A stretch of 64,000 nt of DNA, from the NCBI GenBank assembly GCA_047967505.1, contig CM106538.1. One strand, 5' to 3'. This DNA comes from Dipteris shenzhenensis (taxonomy: Eukaryota). Below the pieces are notes generated by a model that saw only the letters and a list, made by a program, of their open reading frames with translations, was not told the origin of the DNA and did no database searches. Below are positions 54,415 through 64,000 of the stretch, piece by piece. Within the stretch, counting starts at the first letter, position 1. Every line of letters begins with the position of its first letter. A program made the position numbers and the translations under genes.

Positions 54415-57270
54415 ATGGAAAAGGAAAAAAAAGGTCAGAATTTTAGATTGGTTTCAATGTTTTTCAACATTTATTTCTTCCATCCATTGGATTTTTGATG
54501 TCCCAATGTCTTCACTCAGCTCCATCCTCCTTCTTACATTTTCAATTTATACTGTTCAAGAATGTGGTAAATCACCCAGAAATTAGATTGTAGGTTGATA
54601 TGAATAGAAACAAGAAATTTGCAACAAAATGCGAGGAGAGTGGTTTATAATTCTCTAAACAGCCCATATCGCATTTTGCTGCAAATTCCTGTTGTTGACA
54701 CCTTCCTCATGAAAAGTTTCACTCATTCCATTATTTCTCTTGCATATGAGATCATAGTGTCCAGGAATCACTGAGATGAACCAATGCTTGATTTGACATG
54801 CACATGAACAGAACTTGAGAATTTGCAACAAAATGCGAGGAGAGTGGTTTATAATTCTCCAAATTGCCCATATCGCATTTTGCTGCAGATTCCTGTTGTT
54901 GACACATTCCTCATGAAAAGTTTCACTCATTCCATTATTTCTCTTGCATATGAGATCATAGTGTCCAGGAATCACTGAGATGAACCAAGTGCTTGATTTG
55001 ACATGCACATGAACAGAACTTGAGAATTTGCAACAAAATGCGAGGAGAGTGGTTTATAATTCTCCAAATTGCCCATATCGCATTTTGCTGCAGATTCCTG
55101 TTGTTGACACATTCCTCATGAAAAGTTTCACTCATTCCATTATTTCTCTTGCATATGAGATCATAGTGTCCAGGAATCACTCAGATGAACCCAGTGCTTG
55201 ATTTGACATGCACATGAACAGAATTTGAGAATTTGCAACAAAATGCGAGGAGAGTGGTTTATAATTCTCTAAACAGCCCATATCGCATTTTGCTGCAAAT
55301 TCCTATGTATGATTTGGTTCTCACTTCTACATCATTAATTTGCTATCTTTAGCCCTGTGGAAATCTTCCTTGATGATGAGAAATGTTTTTGTTTTGGAAC
55401 AACTGGCTCCCAGGCCCCACCTTTCAAGAGGAAGCTGGACTTTTCTGCTGCTATTATTAGACCACAGCAATCACCAGGTGAGTCATGAGATGTCATGAAG
55501 GAATTATCTGGTGATATACAATGCATTCACTGATTGCATATGTCAGCATATAGAATTCATAGTATATAAGTTTTTGAACAGGCAAAAAGAAGAGACTGGA
55601 GCAGAGTGCTGATTCTTCCATTAAAAAACAAATGGAACCAGAAGAGGACAGTTCTCCAGATTTGCTCCTATTTGAGTTTCTTCACAAATGCAAGGCTCAG
55701 AGTAACTTCCATATATACCACAGTATTTTCAACATGGAGTTCACAATGAGCTTTGTACTGGAGTAGCACAAAGACTTTCTTTCAGACTATTGGGATACCT
55801 TCAAAGAACTGACAGAGGCAGGAAGAATTGTGGAAGGAGAAAAGGTTTTTGTGCACATAAATCATATTGTCTCCAATGACAGGCTGAGGTACCATGTGAA
55901 AAGAAGATTTGACAGCCTGCCTGATCACTATAAATTCAACTGTACTTTGCACATCAGAAAGTGCAGAGTGCTGGAGGAGAGCATGGCATTTCTTATGTAC
56001 ATTATCTTCAGTCAGGAGTCTTTGGATGAACAAGGGCAGGAAATAGAAGAAGAAGACACATCTGAAGCAGAGGAAAAGGAGGATGTTTCTTTGGTCACAG
56101 AAATGGCAGAGCAAGAAGAAGATATCAACCTTCAGGATGAGGGGCTGCAAGTGGCTGCTCTTGACCTTGTTCAACTGAGGACAAAAACTCTGAGGGGAGC
56201 AGAGCCAATTGAAGATTTTGATGTTCAGAGCAACAACTATGCAGTGCCCATGCTTCCAGGTGTGTTGATTGGTGGAAAGGATTATGTTTTCCTCCATGAT
56301 ATAGAGTGTATGTTTGATTTGAGGGAGGACTATGCCATTTCCCTTATTGCCCAGGCTTCAAGACTTGACAAGGAGGTTGGCATAGAGGATGACCATTCAC
56401 TACTGGCTTTGGAAACAATGTTTGATCCTGTAGAGGCCCTTTCATTTTGTTTCAAAGAGGCTGAAAAGTTCCAAGAGCCAGATGAAGCTGCCTTCCAGCT
56501 CACACAGGAAGCTATGAATCTCTCAGCACTATACACAGAAAAGCCTAAAGAAGAGGCTGGACAAGAGGGGAGAGGGATAAATCTTTGGAAAGATGAACTG
56601 CTTGTTGTTGATGAAAATGAGAAGGTACTTCAAATCATATACTTTGACTTCTGCTTAACTTTGTTTTTGTAGGTTGTGTATTGTCTCATTCCAATCCTTT
56701 GATATGTGGCAGCTACAAATTGAGGATGACACATTCTTCCAGAGATCAAGTGGAAGCAGGCAGGTTGGGTTTCGCAAAATGTCAGGCCTAGCTCATTATA
56801 TTCATGATCTAGGCAGTGCCAAGATCTTGATTTACCATAGGCAGTTGAGCAACAATGGAGAAGCCATTGTTTACTTCCTAAAATGTTTGTCCAGGGCTTT
56901 AGGAGGACATGTTCTTTCATGGCAAAAGGAAAAGATCATTTTGATAGAGAGGTTGTCTGCCATAGATATATTTGGAGATTATGTGAATAAGCAGGCCTCT
57001 AGGGCCGCTTACTTTTTGTCTTACACTTCTTATGCATTAGCATGTGGTGTTAAGGAGCCCAAATATCTGGAGGGCTATGGAAAACACCAGCTCGTAAGGT
57101 TTCGAGAGCCACCCATGATTGCATCAGGCCACACAGTCCAAGAAGAGGAACAGGTGGAGAGAGCTGAAGAAAAGGATAAAGAGACAGTCGACATCAAGCC
57201 AATAAAGAAAAAAAAGACTCCAATCAAGATCAAAAAGAGAGTTCCGATCGGCAGGCCCTGGGAGAAATAG
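54415..57270 (+). pseudogene. Spliced acidic protein of unknown function. Exons ~54415-54433, 55353-55477, 55582-56624, 56673-57270
   Basis: Long coding-like frames (280 and 198 aa) with Glu-rich tracts and a basic C-terminal NLS-like IKKKKTPIKIKKR. Exons 2-3 join in phase; TAG at 55764; the first and last junctions are off by one base. Confidence 0.6.
54615..55304. repeat. Tandem array of a ~205-bp unit (3.4 copies), each with a 17-bp inverted repeat
   Basis: TTTGCAACAAAATGCGA starts at 54618, 54822, 55027 and 55232. Each is followed ~34 bp later by TCGCATTTTGCTGCA(A/G)A. Confidence 0.97.
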
Positions 57271-57594
57271 GATTTAGTCATCGAATATAGCACAAACATT
57301 ATATTAAATTTGAACTGATTTGTATAAAGTCTTTGATATCTGGTATGATCTTGTATAAATGATTAATAAGTTGATGATGAAATGATTTGTACATTTACAT
57401 AGAGTGGTGTCGTTAAATATTAAATGAACAATATATTGAAATTGTAAACAAATTGTATTAAGTTCAGATCATATGTTTCACAAAAGAAATACTTTTCATG
57501 CATAACACCAAGAGTCACTTGTTCCACTAAAAAAATTTCTATTGAATGAGTTTGAAAACATGTGGACATAACACCAATAAGTTACAAATGAGTC

Positions 57595-58570
57595 CTATTC
57601 ATGTTTACTTGTCCATTTATGGTTTCTAAATATCTTCGATTCCCTCCATTGTCTATGTCTCTCTGCTACAATTGAATTGTCTAGAGCTTGTCTTCGTCTT
57701 TGCTTTTGGGCTAGAAGAAAAGCAAGCTTGATTTTGGAGCTAGCAACTTTTCTTTTAGCATGCAGCCTCTGTAGTATGCCTCGGTAAAACCATTGGAAGA
57801 CTTCCTTTAGACTATTCACCTTCTGACTCCCTCCATAGTGTTGTGTGTGTCTAAAAAATGCATTACGTGCCATGTAGTGAGACTTCTCCATGCCTTGGGT
57901 AGACCAAATAGCTGGGCATCCATACTTTTTGACAAAATAGGGAAGGTGGTTGTATATGATATGCTGTAAGACATAAGAATGCATAGTAAGTAATTAAAAA
58001 AAAGAGGATCACACTTAAGTAAAAGAAAAAGACATAACCTTACCATGTAGTGAGTTATATTGCAGGATGTCCACGCGTCTTTCATTGACTTTCCAAAATG
58101 TTTAATTGCCTCCTCAAAGTTCTTGTAATCACTCTTTGTCCATGTTACTTTGTCACAGAACATGAAGAGTTGATCAAGAGACCTCCACACCTCTGCCTTC
58201 CTATTTCATGCTTCCCCATCTGCCTCATGATCTTTCACAGCATTATGGACTTGCTTCCACAATCCATAATTAATATTTGAAACTGCTCTACCTTGCCTTA
58301 CTTGCTTACTGTGTTTGGGTCGAGACAAGAATCTTCTTGCCTTAACACCACCAATAGAGGGCTTGATTGGTACCTCCTTGCCATTGGTAGACTTTTTAAA
58401 ATCCTTTATGATTTGAACATCTCCTCCATGCAAACCTATATCCGATAACACTTTTTCCAATGCTTGAAGAGCATCCTTTCTATTTTTTTCGGGACGGAGT
58501 TTCCAAGCAAATCCAATATATAAAAATACCAATTTCTCAATAATTCGACATAGACCATGCAATGTGCAGC
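57595..58570 (-). pseudogene. C-terminal half of a RAG1/Transib(CMC)-like DDE transposase; intron 58043-57964
   Basis: CTLHGLCRIIEKL (CxxH motif), then spliced ITHYM|HIIYNHLPYFVKKYGCPAIWSTQGMEKSH (TxYxHxxxxH zinc ligands and WxxxGxE catalytic Glu). One in-frame TGA at 58208-58206. The N-terminal DD region is replaced by unrelated sequence. Confidence 0.75.
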
Positions 58571-60589
58571 TTGAGTCCATCTCTCTCTAGTTCATTCTCT
58601 CTCTATGAATAGTCTTGGAGCTTCCGCTCCCTCTTATACGTTTGAAACCTCTTCTTCTCCCTTGTGTTTGTAGTATTTTGAGTTGCATTGGAGTGGAGTC
58701 TCACTCTATTAGTAATGAAGGTCACTTCAGGTTCTCTCTCTTGAGTGTCGTTTTCCTTTTTCCATTGTTTTCTCTTCCAAAGTGCTCAAAAGTGTTGTCT
58801 ATTCGGCTGCTCATTGCGCATACATGGTTTATCTATTTCCCAAGCCACAAAGGGAGCTCTTCCTTCCCTCCTAGGTAACCTCTATGGGACTTGGATTGTT
58901 GATGAAGTCTAAGCATGGAGGTAGTATTCTCCCAAGTCGGCACCAGTAGAAGGAGTACGTGTTTTTCATGACAGTTTGACCCCCTATCAGTATTTTGCTT
59001 ATAACTTTTTGCTCCATCATCCGATTTGGATAAAACATATATTAGCACAAAGCTCTCTTTAAGGAGCATCATCCTATGTCCTCAGTTATTGTATTAGATT
59101 TCAAACCAAAAATCTATGACTCTCTGTGTGTGACTATTTCTTTTTCAGATAGTTTTTACCCTGTCTAGTAAACTGCCCATATCTTTCCGACTGCTTCTCT
59201 GTTTCTTATGAAACTTATATCACAGCGAAGCCCATTTTAAGATGCATCTGGATATGTGTTTGAATATTTTATATCATGTCTCTGCTGAAAGTTATGGGTC
59301 TCTGTGTCTTATGATAGTTTGGAGAGTGTTTTGAGCTAAGTGTAAAGGTGTCTATGAAGGAGGTGCAATGTTTCCTCAGAACCTACCCATCTGACCCGAT
59401 CAGCCCCTTCAAACTCCTTGATATATATTAGTTCATGTCATGTTGAGCTGCAAGATCTTCTTTCAACAACATTTCACTCTTCTCTTTGGCACAGACCACC
59501 GGCTTGCTAAGATTATGGCCTCCGCTGATCCTTTCCTTCTCCCTATGCTTGAGTACAACATCATTTGGGATGTTACCATCTTCATTCTCCTATAAGGAGG
59601 GATAGTATGGTGTGGTCTCTTGGTATAAAAGCTTCTTTTGAATGTCCCTTTCCCAGTGATGAATATCTCTATCACTCAGTTCGAAAGCAGTAGGAAGTGA
59701 AGAGGTGCGTGAAGTTTATTACCCCCAACTTCATGTCATAGTATGCCAAAATCATTATGATATCTTACATGCAATCTAAAACATTGAAGAAAAATGTCAC
59801 CACAATGCTAAAACTGAAATATTCACTCAAATTTATGTCATATATTTGGCATCACATGTTCTTATTGCCCATGCTTTATGAACCTCATGCAACCAACTGT
59901 CATCCACATATTTATAGTTGGTTCCATAAAAGATATACAAAGCATGCAAATAGTAAGAAAAAAATGAATCAAGATATCTCCCACTAGTGCTTGGGTTCAT
60001 GGCACTTTTGCACATCAGCGAGCATTCTAATTTAATATGACCTGCTCATCTCTTACTTAAAAGTGGACATTTCTTACTTACCACACTTAAGCCTACGTCT
60101 CTCACCGAAACACGACTTGAGGTCCTAAGCTACACGTATACTACAAACGACAACCTTGATATATCTGTAGGTGACAAAAATCCTCGGAACCCTGCATACT
60201 GAGAATACCCTGCTCTTTCCATCACAAAAGCCTGGGACAGAGCCAACACAACATCCGGCCATTCAGGTAAATACCAATCTCGAGTCTTCACAAGCTTTAA
60301 CATGCACCCTAAAGTTCATAGAGTGACGACCCTACCAACACCTCGAGAGATGCACACAAAGTGAAAGCAATGCCCAATCATCCTGGTTCGAGTAGTCTAT
60401 GGGCTTCAACAAAATGCAAGAAAAGGAGAGACAACCTAAGTGCGGAAGCCATTGCAATAGTGGTGACGTTTTGGCATGAAAATACGAGAGTTTTTCCAAA
60501 TAACAAGGACATTTGTAGAAAGTAGACAGGATGCAAGATGTTTGAGGAGCACATCATACACATGCTTGATACAACGCAGAGGTGAGTGG

Positions 60590-61205
60590 TTGCCCAAACC
60601 ATCTCGGTGGTTGTTTGTGATTGAGCTTTGGGATAGTTTACTTGTCTCATTTCTTGATACAATGCAGGTTGGTGGTTGCCTAAACCAGCCCGGTGGTTGT
60701 TTGTGATTGATATTTGGGATAGTTTACTAGGCTGCTGGCTTGGACTTCATGTGATTGTCCTAAACTAGCCCAGTGGTTGGAACATCATGCAATCATGGTT
60801 GGGTCAACTCAAACACCAGTTATGTGATTGTCATGAACCAATGTGGTTGAACAGAAAGTAATAGCAATATATTTTGCAACAGAACAACAATATATTGTTA
60901 TTTTACTACACTAGCTCGGTGGTTGGTGGGACGTCATGCAACCATGGCGTTTAGCTCAAACACTAGTGTGGTTGACATTAGTTGCTGACCAGCTCGGTGG
61001 TTGAAATTACTTTGTTTCTTAGTACTTAAATTAGTTAAATTTAATATATTATTGAAAAAAGTCCATCAAATTATAAAGTCCAACTCAGGGAAACATTTCC
61101 ACTAATTATAAAGTCCAACTGAGTGAAGTAGTCATAAGAAAATAGAACCTTTGAATCCAACTAAATGCAACATTTTCAAATTATAAGGTCCAGCTGAGTG
61201 AAGCA
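60590..61205. repeat. Clustered short repeats resembling a transposon subterminal array
   Basis: Several AC(C/T)AGC(T/C)CGGTGGTT variants between 60596 and 61005, including a ~47-bp duplication at 60596/60682; AATTATAA(A/G)GTCCA.CT.AG occurs three times at ~61069-61200. Confidence 0.6.
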
Positions 61206-61874
61206 ATCATATCCAAGGACGGATAAATGGCGAATTAGTACTTTAAAACTGAAGTTATATAGAAAAGCCCAATGTATAGTCAGCCCCTAAAGTTACATAG
61301 CCGGGTAGTATACAACCAAGTTTTACTCTTCTACATTTTGAAAAGAGGCCACCATCGTATCTAAGGATGGATAAATACAAACATAATTTACTACTTTTTT
61401 TTTTCAAAGAAGACAATTTACTACTTAGCTCAAGTTCTATTTTAAAGCCGACTAGATTAGAAGGGTGGTCAGCCCCTATAAAAGTCCCGGGTAATATATA
61501 TCCAAGATTCCAAGAGATCAAGTCCCCGATATCTTTGAAGGACTTTATATTTACGCAAGGATTCCAAGGCAAGGGCTCGACACTTTGCACCGTGGGAGCC
61601 TTCAGCAACATACTTCGCAAACTGTGGGTTCTTGTAGTATTGAAGGCCTTCCCACACTTCCTCCTGCAATATGACCATCTTGTGATTGGCAGTCTTGGAA
61701 ACTCTATGTTCCTCCTCCAAGCGATCAATCTCATCTACAAAAATCTTGGGTTGTCGAGGGACCTCTTGCGAAATGGCTTGATCAAGCTCAGGACAAGCAG
61801 TAGAAAAAATGACATTGCCTCTATGGCTTTCCATCTCTGTTCCTCCACTGTTCCTTCACTCGAGACCTGTAGGG

Positions 61875-64000
61875 TGTAAGAAAATAATACATCTATGCTC
61901 AATAGATAACAAGATCTCGTACGCAAGAGAGAAAACAAGATAGTATGGATAATAAAAAATTTGATTACTGTAGAACTGATACAATAGATGGCGCTGCCTC
62001 CCAACTGTGCGCTCCTGTGAAAGAAGCTTCGATGGCATGCTGGAAACAGTAGAAGACGGAGGCTGGATGTTAAGGAATCAGGGTTGCTGTAGCCAGTGAT
62101 GAAATGGGCTTCACGGGCTTGCTCTTATATAGCCACCAATCATAGTCGGTTAGGCTCAATTGGGTGATCGACCTAGTCCGCCCAAAACGGTCGACTGGGG
62201 GTCAAAATAGGCCACCGACCATACAATAGAACCGGTGCGCAAAATAGAGCAACTAACCTACGGTTACTGTTCGGCCTAGAGCCAATCTGGGATCTCATCT
62301 GAGGCTCCAAACGGGCCCCACAACCCGAGAGTGGGCTGCCCCGAGAAATGCTCCGTCTACCCTCAGTGCGGTCAGTCAAGGGATGCCTTCCCGCACTTGG
62401 ATGTAGCCTAGTTAGCGGTGTGCCAACTCTATCTGAAGCTGTCTAGCCATCAGGCCACACATGGCCCCCATCTGGTGTCCAAACCAAGACCTACCGGATA
62501 ACCGAGCTCCTCAAATGCCTTCTCCTCATATGGGGGCTTACAAGTAGAGTTAGCTGGTTCCCGCGTAGTTACACGAGAGTGGAGCATTGATATCTAACAC
62601 CCCCCCTCAATGTCCACCCGCAAGTGAACTTACTTTTCCAGCCCAATGCCAAGTCAATGAAGATGCCTCTCCAGTAAGTCTCTTCCAAGAGCCCTACACC
62701 AAGTCGACCTCTCCATCCATGATCGCGTACAAAGTGATATTGAATCTCAATGTGTTTTGTGCGAGTGTGGAACACCGGGTTCTTTGCAATCGCCATGCAA
62801 CTTTGATTGTCACATGATAACTGCGTAGGCTTGTTTTGCACTGCACCCATGTCCCGCAAAATCCTCCTCAACCATACTGCCTCGCAACAAGCAAAGCATG
62901 CATATACTCAGCCTCGGTAGAAGAAAGAGCAACTATGGGTTGCTTCTTGCTAACCCATGACACAGCTCCAAATCCAAGTGAGAAACAGTAAGGTGTCACT
63001 GATCTCTTGCTGTCCACGTCTCCTGCCCAATTCAAGTCACAGAATCCGGTCAAGATGTTGCCCTTGGTATAGGTGATGCCATAATCAAGTGTGCCTTTGA
63101 TGTATTTCAGCACCCGCATCCCTGCCCTCCAATGGTTCTCCCGGGCTCATTGGAAAACCTGCTTAGTACACCAGTCACACAACTGATGTCCGGCAGTGTG
63201 TTGCACAAGTAAATCAAGCTGCCCACAAGCCTTCTGTACTTGGCTTCATCCACCAGTGGTGATGAATCCTCGTTTGAGAGCTTCGCATCAACCTCCATAG
63301 GGGTACCAACTGTCTCGCACTCAGCCATGCCAAATGCCTTCAGTATCTCTCCAGCATACTTCAGCTATGAAATGAAGATCTGTTTCGGCTCCTGCCAAAC
63401 TTCAATCCCCAAACAGAAATGCATCAGTCCAAGGTCTGTCATTTCAAACTCTCTTCCTAGCAAATGCTTCATCTGCGAGATCTTCTCTTCATGGTTCCCT
63501 GTTATGACAAGGTCGTCCACATAAAGGACCATGATCGTACACCTGTCTCCTTCTTTGAAAATATACAAATTTGCATCAGATGGGCTCCTCCTGAACCCAT
63601 TTCACAGAAGTAGGCATCAATTCACTGGTACCACGCTTGTGGAGCCTGTTTCAGCCTGTAAAGTGCCTTCTTCAGTTTGTAGACTTTACCTTCTGAACCG
63701 GGGATCTCAAAACCTGGTGGTTGTTCCATGTATACCTCCTCCTTCACATCTCCATTCAAAAAGGCGGATTTCACATCCATCTGAAACACGGGCCAACTTC
63801 TATGAATTGTGGTTAGTCGAGCTGTGGGAGCAAAAGTATCTTGATAATCAAAACCATGTACCTATGCAAATCCTTTTGCCACGAGCCGAGCCTTGTACTT
63901 ATCCAACGTGCCGTCGGACTTGTACTTGGTCTTGTACACCCACTTGGTTCCTATTACCTTGTGTTTTGGTGGTCGATCCACAAGGTCCCAAGTGTTGTTC
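61875..64000 (-). mobile_element. Degenerate copia E (RT, RNaseH, PPT, 3' LTR 61875-62599), related to copia A; runs off window end
   Basis: [49 protein letters not shown]. The minus strand reads PPT GAGGGGGGG then TGTTAGATATCA. The LTR shares blocks with 3958-4550. Confidence 0.93.

Noticed and set aside
54615-55304. Array of palindromic repeats as a CRISPR array
   Set aside because: The intervening sequences are near-identical, not unique spacers; the context is a eukaryotic intron with no cas genes.
49620-58208. U-to-C RNA editing rescuing the stop codons
   Set aside because: Known only for organellar transcripts of ferns, hornworts and some lycophytes; these are nuclear spliced genes, and methyl-C decay is simpler.

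Overview
Repeat-rich nuclear DNA of a land plant. It has GT-AG introns and a plastid-targeted ferredoxin; a fern or other non-seed plant is a guess. Host genes: the 5' seven exons of a vacuolar sorting receptor (minus strand, 7220-9214) and an intronless chloroplast [2Fe-2S] ferredoxin (43065-43520). Most of the rest is transposon-derived. There are five Ty1/copia elements, including one near-intact copy with identical 171-bp LTRs and a TAAGA TSD, and an inverted sister copy nested in an older copia with a TGCAT TSD. There is also a LINE remnant and decayed Helentron-type Rep, RPA-like and PIF1 helicase-endonuclease genes. The most notable region is about 49.6-58.6 kb, a block of four spliced, lightly pseudogenised genes: a BAH-like plus ubiquitin-like protein, a histone H3-like fold fused to an Ulp1/SENP-type protease, an acidic protein of unknown function, and the C-terminal half of a RAG1/Transib-like DDE transposase. 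Mirror-arranged ~205-bp repeats carrying a 17-bp inverted motif flank the shared divergent promoter. This looks like a DNA transposon carrying its own chromatin toolkit. All domain calls are by-eye motif recognition; no searches were run.
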